From NCBI RefSeq assembly GCF_009914755.1, contig NC_060931.1: 64,000 bases of DNA. One strand, given 5' to 3'. The position numbers and the translations under genes were made by a program. The notes under the pieces were generated by a model. The model worked only from the letters and a program-made list of their open reading frames with translations, was not told the origin of the DNA and searched no databases. This DNA comes from the human T2T-CHM13v2.0 reference genome, Homo sapiens. This document shows, piece by piece, positions 1 to 15,625 of this stretch. The first letter of the stretch is position 1. Each line of letters starts with the position of its first letter.

Positions 1-263
1 AAAATTAACAATCAGTGGTGACATCTGCCTGATTGAGTTAGGAATTTTTTAATGCTTTGTTTGATTTAGGATCCATAAATAGTTCACCTATTATAACTAG
101 TTGATATATCATCAACCTAATCTGTAGTTCTCTCATTTTATTCTTTTTCATTATTTGTCTAAGAAACTGGGACATTTGTCCTACAGAGTTTCCCATAGCC
201 TAGATTTTGCAGATTCCATCCTCTGATCCTGTATTTCCTGTAAATCATCAGTTGAATCTAAAA

Positions 264-428
264 TAGTGTTTTTCACCTTGACTGCATCTTGAAATAACTG
301 AGGAGCTTTTAAAATTCCTTATGTTTGGGTCTTACTCTTAGAGACTCTAATGTAATTACAGCCCAGGCTTTGGGATTTTTAAACACTGTCCAAGTGATTC
401 TAAAGAGCAACCAAGTTGAAAACCACTG
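264..428. mobile_element. MER5A1-like hAT-Charlie MITE
   Basis: tagtgtttttcaccttgactgcatc ... gtgattctaaagagcaaccaagttgaaaaccactg resembles the MER5 terminal inverted repeats. Confidence 0.75.
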
Positions 429-1318
429 ATATAGGTAAGAATTTGATCAGATTCCAGGTTTTATCATTTCTAACAGGACTACTGCATATGTAGTGACTGA
501 ATTTTCTGAAGTGTTTGCCTTTTTAAATAAAATTAGCAGCCACTAATAATCATCCTTAGGTCTGCTAATTCATTGAAGACTGCAAAATGAAGAGATTCCA
601 ACATTCATTCTGCATTTATTAGAGGCAATACTTAAATAAATAGAAATTTATCTCATGAATTATTTGGTTTCTCTGAGGTATCATTTGTTTAGGAAAGGCA
701 GAAAAACATGTTTGATCGTGTTCCTTTTATTTACCAGTTTTCAAAGTTCCATACCATCATTAATGGTAACCAACCATTACCAATAAAAAAAGTATTTCTT
801 TATTTGTATCACTATGAATGTATGGTGGATTTAGACAATCCCTTGCAATTGTTATCTTTATTGTATACTAAAATTATTCCATCTTTGGTAGATGGTCTAT
901 TCAAAGTGTTTTCTGAGCCCTTTCAATACAACCCCAGTAGTCTCTGATATCTCCTTGGCTTTCTAATGTAAAGGGTTACAGAATTATTCTATACATTTCC
1001 TGCCCCAGATCTGGAATCAGCCATTTCCTCATGGAATTATGGTTTTTTAAAATGGGAAATCATGTGGAAAGACCACAACATAAGTGATAAAGGGGTTCAG
1101 TACTACTGAATGACAATTATTTCTAGGGCTTTTCGGTGGTCAGAGCTATGAAATATATATAAATCAAATATTTTTTAAAGAAAAAAATACATCATCACTT
1201 CACTTTGATCTCATTCACTTTGCATCTTCATTCTCTCATGCTGAAAATGCTATCATATCAATATGATTATTCATTTACTTTATCCCACACTACACACACA
1301 ACAGTCTGAAAATAACAA

Positions 1319-1564
1319 GTCTCCTTTAGCATGTAAGTCCATTTTTAAAAATAAAGATTATTTTGATTTTTACAGTTCGTTTTCTCTTCAGAGTTCCTTC
1401 AAATTAATAAAGACTTTAAATATTTAACACTTTAGGGATCCATCTCAACAGAATGTCTGTTATTTACTGAACACTGTGTTCTCTGATAGGACTATAGCAT
1501 GGAACAGAGGTAGGCAGAAGCTTTTTGCAGAGCCCAGTGGGAGACACAGATAAGCTAGTAGGTG
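1319..1564 (+). repeat. ~240-bp local direct duplication, copy 1
   Basis: Near-identical to 4200-4438. Confidence 0.95.
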
Positions 1565-2170
1565 TAGTAGTAATGCTACCATCAATATCTTGATTACTGA
1601 AAAGAGTTCATGGGTTGTGGGGGCAGTTTTTGTTGTCCTTTAAGGGTATCCCAGTAGGAATACAAGAAACAAATTACTGAGTTTAAAAGTAAAGGCATCA
1701 AATAAGCAGAAAGTCAAATGAAAGAGTTGGCTTTGTGTGGTTGTGTCACACATCTACATTCACTTATTTAATTTTACTTTGTAATTTTAGGAATTTTTTC
1801 ATTTTCATTTTGTTTTATAAATGTGTAAAATACTTATATGGCTTCAAACTTAAATCTACACAAAAAGTATATTCGTATATTCACAAAAGTCTAGCTTTTA
1901 TCCCTGTTCCTGCCAATGTATTCTTCATACCCAACCCCCTCTCTCCCAAGGACTGGCAACCATTTTTCTGGATTTTATAGTTTATCCTTCAGTTTTTTAA
2001 AAATATAAGGAAAATGTATATTTATGTCACCTCTTTCTTAGGTAAACAAAAGTGTACTATACACATATTTAGCCATTGATTTTTAACTTAACAATCTTGA
2101 CCTCTCCAAAGCAGTATGTAAAGATATTCCTCATTCCTTTTTTCCCCTCATTTCTTTTTATAGCTGCATG

Positions 2171-2974
2171 TGCCACTCTCCCAAACTATAGTTAATATCA
2201 TGTGATTAACTTCCCCAGTGATACCAGTTAGACTTGGGATGTTTCCCCAGACAATCCAACACGAGCAAAGAAAAAGCTCGTTGTAGAAGCATATTAATAT
2301 ACCGATCACACAGTGCTACTTCATAAAGCCACAACCATGGCTCACCAGAAGTGGAATAAAAAGCTCATAAACTTTATAAAGATGTTTCACAGAATTTAAG
2401 CTGCCCACTTTGTGGGCAAATTAGAGAAGCAATGGCTTGCATTTTTTTTAAAATACATCAGTATTATTCTGCTAGTTCTATAAAAACAATGTAAACACAA
2501 GTGTTCTGTACAACTTGGGGAATTCACAAAATGCTAAAATAAAAATTAGTGCTGCAGTCGCTAATGGCAGATGCTACGGACACCCTTGAAGGGAGAAGAA
2601 ACGATAAAGAACATGTGTGGAATACAACCCAAAAGGCTGGACAAATTTCTAAACCAGTTAGAGGACAGTTCTTAAAAACTAAAAACTGAAAACTGCTCGA
2701 AGACAAAAAACAAAAATGAAGTAGCTTCATTCAAACTATGCAGAAAAGCTAGTCATTAGGGAGCAGGTGCTAACACTAAGACATCCCAAAAGAAGAGGCA
2801 AGGGCATGCACCCAGTACACACACCCAGGACTGAGACAGCTGGATAACAAAGGCCTGTCAGCAATGGAAAGTTGTGGTATTTCCCTCAGTTTATCTTCAA
2901 CAAAGATGCTCTACATTTCATTAATCTCGACTGGCATCAATAAAAGTTCTCAGCACATATGTAAAAAAAAAAAA
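2171..2974 (+). pseudogene. Processed pseudogene fragment of the SPATA16 3' end, with a non-coding 5' segment of unknown origin
   Basis: 2552-2752 translates with frameshifts to LQSLMADATDTLEGRRNDKEHVWNTTQKAGQI / FLNQLEDS / LKTK / LKTARRQKTKMK* / QTMQKS*, matching the recalled SPATA16 C-terminus (LQSLMADAMDTLEGRRNNNERVWNMIQKVGQIEDFLYQLEDSFLKTKKLRTARRQKTKMKRLQTVQQR). AATAAA 2939-2944, A12 at 2963-2974. The block interrupts an old L1. Confidence 0.82.
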
Positions 2975-3406
2975 TCCATTCCATTCTATGGAATTCTATG
3001 GATTCAACATTCCGTTCTGTGGATTCAACATAGTTTGTTTAACTAATGTCACAATAATGAACATTTGGGTTGTGTGCAATTTTTGGTATTCCAAATAATC
3101 ATGCAACAAATAGCCCGGCGAATGTCTGTTTAAATTTTTGCCAGTGCATCTATGCGATAGATCCTTAAAAGTAGAATTTCGGGGTAAATGAGTAGCTGCT
3201 TATATAATTTTGTTGAGAACTCACAAATGCCCCTCCATAAGGTTTGTATGCTAATTAACAATGTGTGAGACTGACTTTTCCTCACGGGCTTGCCAATAGA
3301 GTATGTTATCAAACTTTTTGATTTTTTGCTGATTTGATAGATGAGAAATAATGTCTCTCTGTACGTTCTGCATTTCTCTATTTATAAGTGATATCGAGCG
3401 TATTTA

Positions 3407-3408
<2 letters not shown>
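2975..3408 (-). mobile_element. Old L1 3' region resuming after the retrocopy
   Basis: tccattctatgg...gaacatttgggttg...cttgccaatagagtatgttatcaaactttttg is typical antisense L1M sequence. Confidence 0.6.
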
Positions 3409-3731
<323 letters not shown>

Positions 3732-4199
3732 ACATTTTTTTCCCTATAGAGTTTTTGGCTTTTTAATTCCCATTTTAGAAGCTTTTTATATAATAGAGAT
3801 ACTAATGCCTTACCTTTAGTGTTAATTAAAAATTTTTTTTCTATTTTGTCATTTTTCCTTTTTTTTTGCTCAAGGTTTTTTTCCATGCAAAAAATTTTTT
3901 AACATAATCAAATCATCAAGGTTTTCATCATTGCTTCTGGATGTTGAATCAGAAAATTTTCCCCCGATTCCTAGCTTATTCTAGGCTTGAATGGTTTCAT
4001 ATTTCATATGTAATTGTTTGATCCACTTGGAATTTACCCTGACATACAGAGTAAACTGGGGATTTTTTTTTTCTGTGAACCCATCCTAGCTTCCCATCCT
4101 ATAATAATCACCACTAATGCTCCTGCAACCATCTTTTCATGTCCCTGTTTATCATGTATAGATATTGTTGTTTGTTTTATAAAAGTATTTCATATTTGG

Positions 4200-4438
4200 G
4201 TCTCCTTTAGCTTATGTCTGTTTTTAAAAATTAAGATTATTTTGATTTTTACAGTTCGTTTTCTCTTCAGAGGTCCTTCAAATTAATAAAGACTTTAAAT
4301 ATTTAACACTTTAGGGATCCATCTCAACAGAACGTTATTTACTGAGCATTGTGTTCTCTGACAGGACTATAGCATGGAAAGAGGTAGGCAGAAGCTTTTT
4401 GCAGAGCCCAGTGGGAGACTCAGATAAGCTAGTAGATG
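4200..4438 (+). repeat. ~240-bp local direct duplication, copy 2 (probable donor)
   Basis: Near-identical to 1319-1564. Confidence 0.95.
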
Positions 4439-4650
4439 AGCCATTATAATGCAGTGGGCTAAGTGCTGAAATCGGGTACATTAAGAATTTTGTGGGAACT
4501 GACAGAAGAGGTCTTGCTCATGTTTGGGTGGGCATGGGGAAAGAGGCGTCAGGGAACACTTCATTTCTACTCTGAGACTGAAAAGACAAGTATGAGTTAC
4601 AGAGATGATGGGGAGGATATAGACACGTGTTTCAGGTATTTGTAAATGCT
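4320..4650 (-). mobile_element. L2 3' fragment
   Basis: tcaacag..ttatttactgagca..cagtgggagactcagataag..ttataatgcagtgggctaagtgct resembles the antisense L2 3' end. Confidence 0.55.
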
Positions 4651-5397
4651 GAGGAGAAAGAGGGTGATTCATTCAACAATTCAGGCTTAAGTATGAGATA
4701 AAGACATAGAAAGAAAATTAATGAGTGCTGAGGAAATAGGAAGGGACCAGAAGAGTCATATTCGAATTGCATTTTGAGAGTAATGGAAGAAGAGTGGAGG
4801 CAGACCAGTTCACTTCTTGTAACAATTAAAGAAGGCTTATCTATTTAAAAAAATTCATGCTTGGCAGAAGCAGAGGACCTCGGCAGAAGAAGGGAAAAAC
4901 TAACAAAGCTTTTAGGGGTTCACAGGACAGGAGTGAAAAATTAGAAACTGAAGGAATCTCAAACTGGATTTCCCATGGAACATTTGCTGAGTTCTGCGAT
5001 TGTGAGGGAAGCCAGGGAATTAGGTGTAAATCTTCAAAAAGTGGAGTAGAAGTTTCTTCCCATTTGTGAGGCTTAGGAAACAAAAGACCAGCTGTGGGGA
5101 AAGGACGTGCCACAAACACAAGCAAGGTCTTATCCTGAAGACATTCACTAGGTCTAAAGTTTCATGAGGTGGGAAGTCTGTGAATCTTTGGACAGCAAAG
5201 CTAGATCAACCTCAGTATTTCAGGACAAAGACTCTCCAACTTCTCAATTAAAAGCTTGGGAGAAGCATGTCAAAGTAAAAGAGGAGAATGAAAGGCAAAC
5301 TGAGTGTTTATTAAAACTGCACCTGCCCCACACCAACCCAATCCTAGAGTGAACTGAAATAATCAGCCTCTATATACACAACTGGAATGCCAGAGGA

Positions 5398-6480
5398 AGA
5401 CAATACCGAATATTAACAAGCATGTGGAAAAACTAGAACTCTCATATACTGCCAAGGAGAGTTTAAATGAGTACCACCATGTTGGAAAACTCTCTGACAG
5501 TACCTAATAAGCTGAGAAAACAACTAATATGTATTTTCTTATAGTTTTGGAGGTCAGAAGTCTGAGATTGGTCTCACTGAGCCAAAATCAATGTGTCAGC
5601 AGTATAGTCATGTTCTTTCTGGAGGTTCTAGGGGGAATTCTGTCCCTGTCTTTTCCACTTGCCTGCATTCCTTGGTTTGTGGCCCCCCTTCAAGCAATTA
5701 TATTACTCCTACCTCTGTTTCCATTATCACATATCCTCCTCTGAGTCCTGCTTTCCTCTTACTCTTAAAAGGACTATATGATTACACTGGGTCCACTCAG
5801 ATGATCAGAGATTATCTTGATAATCTCTCTACCTTAAAATCCTTAACTCACATCCGCAAAATCCCTCTTGCTATGAAGGTAACATAATCACAGATTCTGG
5901 AGATTAGGCCATGGAACTCTTTGGAAGGACTATTATTCTGCCTATCAATTTTCCATTTTTGAGTTAATTTCCCAAAATTGCACAGAATTGTCATGGTACC
6001 ATTATTTAAAGTAGCACAAAATGGGAAATCACCCAAATGCTCATCAATAATATGAAAGATAAACATATTATGGTATATTCACAGGATGGAATATTTTACC
6101 ATTTTGAGAATGACTTACAAGTACATGCAGCAATATGGGGGACTTTTAGAAACATTTTGAGCAAGAGAAGTCACACAGGAGACACGAGCACAAACTAGAT
6201 GATTTTATCTGTATAAAAGAAAAATAACAATTTTAAAAAATTCCATTAGAAATTAGTGGAAAAAATTCCATTAGAAATCTCTTGTTGAGAGGGGCTGGTA
6301 GAAACTAGAAGGGGACATGAAGGGAACATCTGGACTACAGATAATACTGTTTCTTATTCTTGATGCTGTACTTGATCTTAGTTATACAGATGTTTTAAAA
6401 TTTGAAAAACTCATCTAGGTGTGAAATTATGATATGTACACTTTTTCTTAATGAGTATTATAGCTTAATAAATACTTTTT
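5398..6480 (+). mobile_element. L1ME-type 3' fragments (split by an MLT1)
   Basis: caagcatgtggaaaaactagaactctcatatactg; acccaaatgctcatcaata; tggtatattcacaggatggaatatt. Confidence 0.6.
5526..5948 (-). mobile_element. MLT1 (ERVL-MaLR) LTR fragment
   Basis: ttcttatagttttggaggtcagaagtctgag...ggtccactcagatgatc...cacagattctggagattagg...ttattctgcctatca. Confidence 0.75.
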
Positions 6481-6500
6481 TAAAAGATTAATGGAAGTCT

Positions 6501-6834
<334 letters not shown>

Positions 6835-8570
6835 TTAATCAGAAAATGACATGATCAAATTTGTTCTGCCAAACAGAACATCAAAGCACTTACTTGATAG
6901 CTAGATTTACTTTCTTCCAAGGTATATAAACTTTTAGTACTTTCCTAAAAGATCCCTCTTATCTCAAGCCCTTAACACAAATTGCAAGTTTTCTTTTTGT
7001 GTTACAGTGTTAGGATGGTACTTTATAGGCTCATTAGAACTATGTAACAAAATACTTCCATTGCAAGGATCAAAATTCTAAAAAGTACTTTAAATGAGTA
7101 TATTAGGTTTATCTCCCTAAGTATATACATATTAAGGTAGACATTAATTTTCAAGAAATATTCACAATATGATCTCAACTTGCATACTATTCTAATCTTT
7201 TTTTTTTTTTTAAAGAACATACATTCTCATATAGTTTGTTTTATCTCCCTAATTCTTGGAAAGATTTGACTCTTTATCACTATATGTTTTAAAAAGGTAA
7301 AGATAATGAGCTTTAGTATACAGTATTTCAAGCCTTAAAACTTTTAAAATCTGGTAACACATATATCTCAATGTATCTCTTATTCATTCTTGGTTTGGGA
7401 AGCCAAGTATTACAGATATATAACCATGTTAGCACTCTAACTTGTATGAACAACTTCTTTGAGTGGCTTAAGAGTTTTCAGAGACTAATACTGCACAAGG
7501 GGTTTTAGACATGTAAAAAGAGATGTACTTGCTAGATTTTTCAAGCATACTTCCAAAAAGAAGTAAATTTATTGTCAAGCTCTTGGATTACCTTCTAATA
7601 GAACTTTTTTTTTTTTTAACTAAGCATGAACATGTATAATCAGAAAGAACATATTCCTAACTAGGAACATTTTCCTTTAGATATACTTTGCCAAAACATT
7701 ACTTACTTAGACAATCTGTTACATTGTGTGTAATCCTCAACTCTGCAGATGGTTGCACTTCCTTAATATTGCCTGTCTATAATTCTAAGAAGTACTACAG
7801 TACACTTCAGGGACTGTATGTGCTATAAAAATTGAAGGTACTTTATAAACAACTTACTTTGGAGTTCTCCCAAAGGAAGTTATTAAAGTAATTATGGTAT
7901 TAGAAGTAGCAGGCTATTCCTAAGGTGAAATATTAATGGGATTTTCTGTCTACATATTGTATGTTTCCTGTCATTAGCTTCTTTCACTATACAAGACAGA
8001 TAGGTCCCATAAGATAAGAACTGAAAACATACGCTGGCAATTAAAAAGTAGGTCATTGCTTCCCTTAATGAGAACAATTTCAATAGAATGATGGAAGACA
8101 GCCAGATTACACCTAGTTGAGAAATCAACAGAATGAAAATGAACACCAAAAAATGCAAACTACTCTTTGGAGAAATTTACATAAAAAGAGAGAGAGTAAA
8201 CAGCAACTAAAGAGGAACTTTCTAGTTTTGTTTTATTTTTTATTACATGGGAGCAACATGAATAGGTTTATAGCTGAGGAAAAGAAATTAAAAGAGAAGG
8301 AGAAATCCAACACAGAAAAAGGAGAAATATAAATGATGATGCTAGGAGAGAGAAATAAACAGAGTAGGTCTGGGCACCAGGTAAATGGGTGACCTTGAAG
8401 AAGAAGTTAAGTTATCTTCTGAGGCTCAAAGGGAGGAAATAAGGCTCTTATTTGGAAGAAAGGTACAGGAAAAAATTTCTTAATGACATTAATTGTCCTA
8501 ATGACCCAGGAGATAAAGGAAGACATGTGGAGAATACTGAAGGTTTGTAATGGTTAAGAAAAGAAAAGCA

Positions 8571-8880
8571 GGCAGGGCGTGGTGGCTCTCGCCTGTAATC
8601 CCGGCACTTTGGGAGGCCAGGGCGGGCGGATCACGAGGTCTGGAGATTGAGACCATTCTGGCTAACACAGTGAAACTCAGTCTCTACTAAAAATACAAAA
8701 AAAAAAAAAAAAAAAAAAAAATTAGCCAGGCGTGGTGGCGGGCGGCTATAGTCCCAGCTACTCGGGAGGCTGAGGCAGGAGAATGGCGTGAACCCAGGAG
8801 GCGGAGCTTGCAGTCAATGGAGATGCACCACTGCACTCCAGCCGGGGGGACACAGTGAGACTCTGTCTCAGGAAAAAAAA
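8571..8880 (+). mobile_element. AluY, expanded central A tract
   Basis: gaatggcgtgaaccc and ggagcttgcagt diagnostics; aagaaaagca flanking duplication. Confidence 0.95.
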
Positions 8881-9022
8881 AGAAAGAAAAGCAGATAATC
8901 ACTGACAAGTAAATGGCAGTATCACTAAATAAACGTACACACACACTCCCATATAATATTCTGAAATATACTTTTAATCATTATTTAAATTTGAATCATT
9001 AAATATTTTAATCACTATTTAA

Positions 9023-9094
9023 ATCATCATGACCATAAGCAAAAGTTTCTCATTGAAATTTTAATGAGGAACTTTTGCTTATGGTCACAATGAT
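9023..9094. repeat. Near-perfect palindrome (58-bp core 9030-9087)
   Basis: TGACCATAAGCAAAAGTT-tctcattgaaattttaatgagg-AACTTTTGCTTATGGTCA; outer 18 bp perfectly complementary, inner 11 pairs with two G-T pairs. Confidence 0.95.
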
Positions 9095-9890
9095 ATGATA
9101 GGGACCAGATTTACCAACCTATCTGAAACAACAAAAAATACACAATATATGAAAGATGGCTTTCAAGACATTTAACATGCAACATAGGACGGTGATTCCT
9201 CAGAGTCAGGAAACAAATGAGATGAACCCTATGAGTGCCCCAGCTCATTACCTTAAAGGACTTTCCAGGCCATGGCACGGAAAGAGGGAAAATACCCTTC
9301 CTTCTATCCCCTCCCAGAACAGCCAAACAGAAACAACTAGAGTTCACAAAATAGAATACCGGAGAGAACAGAGGCGCATAGACAGAGAATTCCAGAGATG
9401 TGCAAAGGGTTCCCTTTGAGTATTCAGCAAAGCACTGATCAGCATTAAACTTCCAGAGTTTGGGGGAAAACTATGAAAAAGGTTTAGAGGGAACATCCTG
9501 TTACATTCACATAAGATTGAGAATAATCCCTATTCTCTAAAGCCAGGCTGGAAAACCTCATAATTCACAGGGTAATAATTTGAGGGTATTAAGAAGAATG
9601 TTGCCTCATAACTGGGAAATAAATAGCAGATTATTACTGCTTTGAATTTGCTAATAAATCTTAAAGCAATATTCAAAAGGATCAAACTGTCTTTAAGTAT
9701 CTGATACTATCAGTATTAGAGATGACAAAATTAATCAGCCCCAAACAAGGTTAAGTTCATGTTTAATATCCAATAAAAATTATTAGACATGCAAATAAGT
9801 AGAAAAATATCAGGTCTGATGGAAAGAAAATTCAACCAAACAAAAACCCGGAATTAACATAGATGTTAGAATGAGCGGACAAGGGCATTT
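9095..9890 (+). mobile_element. Old L1 (L1M4/L1MC-type) 5' region
   Basis: gggaccagatttacc...gaaacaacaaaaaat...tttcaagacatt...ggaaacaaatgagatgaaccctatg resembles old L1 5'-end consensus. Confidence 0.6.
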
Positions 9891-10040
9891 CCATCCCGGT
9901 CTTATTCTGTGGAGTTCAACTTACTTATTGTTTCTGTGATTTCCTTAGTTTACCTTCTACGATTTTACTAAAAATGTTCTAAAACAATAAATAATAAACA
10001 ATATCGGAAGATATAATGGTTAAAGGCTTGAAATTTTTAA

Positions 10041-10364
<324 letters not shown>

Positions 10365-10579
10365 GCCAATGGCTTTTTTCTTTGTAGATTCCTGTCATAT
10401 TGAGAGACGAAATATTCAAAGTACAAATTAAATGTACTCATTTAAAGAAAGAAAATAAAATGATAGCCACCCCAAGGTTTTAAAAAACTTTTTAGAGTGA
10501 TAAAGCACATTTTAAATTAATATGTGACAACAGATGCATTGCAACTACAGCCATAAATAATTTTTTGTTTTTGATTTTT

Positions 10580-10927
10580 TGGCTTAAACAGCAAAAATTT
10601 ATTTCTCACAGTTCTGGAGGCTACATACAAGTCTAAGATCAAGGTTCTGGTAGGGCTGAGTTTCTCTTCCTGACTTGCTGATGGCCTCCCTCTTGCTAAG
10701 TGCTCTCATGACCTTTCCTTGTGCCTGTGTACATAGAGAGTGAGTAAGCTCTCTCGCGTCACTTCTTATAAGGACAGTAATCCTATAAGATCAGGGCCCA
10801 CCCTTGTGACCTCATTTAAACTTAATTGCTTCCATAAACGCCCTATCTCCAAATACAGTTACACTGGGGGTTAGGGCTTCAGTGTATGAATTGGAAGAGG
10901 TGGCACATAAACATTTAGTCCATAACA
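10580..10927 (-). mobile_element. MLT1A-type MaLR LTR
   Basis: ggcttaaacagcaaaaatttatttctcacagttctggagg...ttagggcttcagtgtatgaatt...agtccataaca. Confidence 0.85.
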
Positions 10928-10929
10928 AA

Positions 10930-11720
10930 AATGTTTCACATATTTTCAACAACTATTTTTTTCTAACTTTTTTCTTTTTCCCTTCCTCTCTTGGCTCTGA
11001 AACTCCAATTACACATATGTTAGATTGCTTGATGTGTCCCATGGGTCCTAAGACTCTAATAATTTTTTAAGTTTGTTTTTAAATCTTGGTCCTTCATTCT
11101 GAATTATGTCTATGGCTGTATCTTCTAGTTCACTGATTTTTTTTTTTTTCTTCTCAGGGTTAAATCTGCATTTAATTTCAGATACTATATTTTTCATATG
11201 TGGAGGTTCCATTTGATTCTTCTTGATACTGTCCATTTATCTCATTATATGTTATTTTTAAAATATTTGAGCACATTTATAACATTTATAAGAAGTGTTT
11301 TAAAATTCCTAGTCTGCTTATACTACTGATACTTCAGCTTCTCTGTTTCTACTGGTTATGGTCTCATTTTCCTGCTTCTTCTCATGTCCACTCATTTTAA
11401 TTGGATGCTGAATATGTGATACTATATTGTTAAGTGACAGATTTTGTTGTAATCCTTTAAAGAGTTCTGGAATCAGTAAGAATGGCAGACTATATATTGA
11501 TTCCCATTTTTTTGTGTGTGCAGCTGTCTGGAAATTGCCAGGTAGAAAGCTGCGGTGATTTTAGCGTTCAATTTGTTTTGGTTTATCTGAGATCACAGTT
11601 CTATATTGCCTGTTGCCCAATGTCTGAAAACAGGTGTTTCACAAATTTTACTCACTGTTCTAGTTTATAATGGGAGAACATCTAAAGTAGCAGTTACCTT
11701 TCCATGTAGGGAAGTAAAAG
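10930..11720 (-). mobile_element. Old L1 ORF1-region fragment
   Basis: ORF 11048..11236 (MDSIKKNQME..KISELED.AIDIIQNE) is L1 ORF1p coiled-coil-like. Confidence 0.7.
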
Positions 11721-11855
11721 TCCATTAAATGACCTTTTTTCTTTCTTTTCAAAATTTACGTGATTTAGGATCCAACACAACTAATCTCTAATTTATTATG
11801 CTGAGTGACTGAGTGATAAGAAACTGGTTTTCTCCAGTTTCAAAAAACATCACCT

Positions 11856-12040
11856 GCTGGGTGTGGTAGTGCTCTTGTAGGCCCAGCTACTCAGAAGGCC
11901 ATGGCAGCAGGGTCACTGGAGGCCAGGAGTTCAAGGCTGTAGCGTGCAATGACTGTGCCTGTGAATAGTCACTGCACTTCAGCCTGGGAAACACAGTGAG
12001 ACTCCATTTCAAAAAACAAAACAACAACAACAAAAAAAAC
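11856..12040 (+). mobile_element. FAM-type Alu monomer
   Basis: gtgcctgtgaatagtcactgcacttcagcctggg is the FAM/7SL-like signature. Confidence 0.85.
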
Positions 12041-13114
12041 TGAAAAGTATAATTCTTTAGAAAAGAGTGAACACTCTGATGTTGTAGAGTGTGACATGTT
12101 GGAAAAGACCCATGCAGGCAAGCTTAGGGCTAGACAAATGAGAGATAAGGAGAATGAGGTGGCAAGACGGCATAGACAAGATAAAAAATTGTGTCAACAC
12201 TGAAAAATTGGTGACTCTGTGAAGTTTTGTTATATAAATAGTAGAAGACAGATGTTGATTTTACCTACCTTATGCTGGAATAATTACTTATACTATTTTA
12301 AATATTTTTAAAGTGTGTAACTAAAGGTTAGACTATGTGAGCGATGGCTTAATAGCAACAACAGGGATTTATATCTGTTTACATAAAACTCTGCAATGAC
12401 AATTTTCCTTTTAGAATATCTTTTCTATGCAAAATGCCATAGATCATTCAAACATCCATGGAAAACTGGCAATGCTCCTGGTTCCCCTCTTAGTGTGAAT
12501 GGTAGGAAATATAATCTTGTTTTGTTCGATTGAATTTTTATCTAAACATCAGCAACACTAAGAGATCTCAAGATTCAGTAATCAGCACAAGGAAACCCCA
12601 ACCAGCCTAAGTCATGATGCATATCAAGGGTGTCTTTCTGGTTGTCCAAGTCTAAAACTGGTTGCAATTGCAGGTTAGGTTGGTCAGTAAAAGAAGATCT
12701 ATTTCATTGTCTAGTATCTTAAAGGATAAGTACGGAAAGAGAGATCAGAGGGAGGTATAATTAAAGGTATAAATATAGGTCCCCTCTGTCACACTGTAAA
12801 ATGAGACCCTCTCCATAATTACAGGACTCTCTGAGAGAAAGGAGATGATAATGCTTAAGAAAAACTTCACACTGATGTTTTTGGAAGCTCAGTGAACAGA
12901 AAACCATGATTGGTTAAGTACAGACATCCTTTCCTTCCCAGTAAACTGAGTCCAAACAAAGTTAAAACAGGACTTCTTCTACACCCCCACCTCCCAGTAA
13001 TGATTACCATCAGAAGGCACCTCTTTATCCAATTTAGACATCAGGGTTTCAAAGGGCTTCCATAAGTGAGTTTTACATTTGCTTTCTTTTATTCCAAAAA
13101 CTGAGACTTTCATA

Positions 13115-15625
<2,511 letters not shown>

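Larger units (their letters stand above)
30..2170 (-). mobile_element. Old L1 (L1MC/L1ME-type) 3' region, fragmented
   Basis: aagaaactgggacatttgtcctacagagtttcccatagcctagattttgc and later motifs resemble the antisense L1MC4/5 3' UTR; interrupted by MER5, a duplicated block and the retrocopy. Confidence 0.6.
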
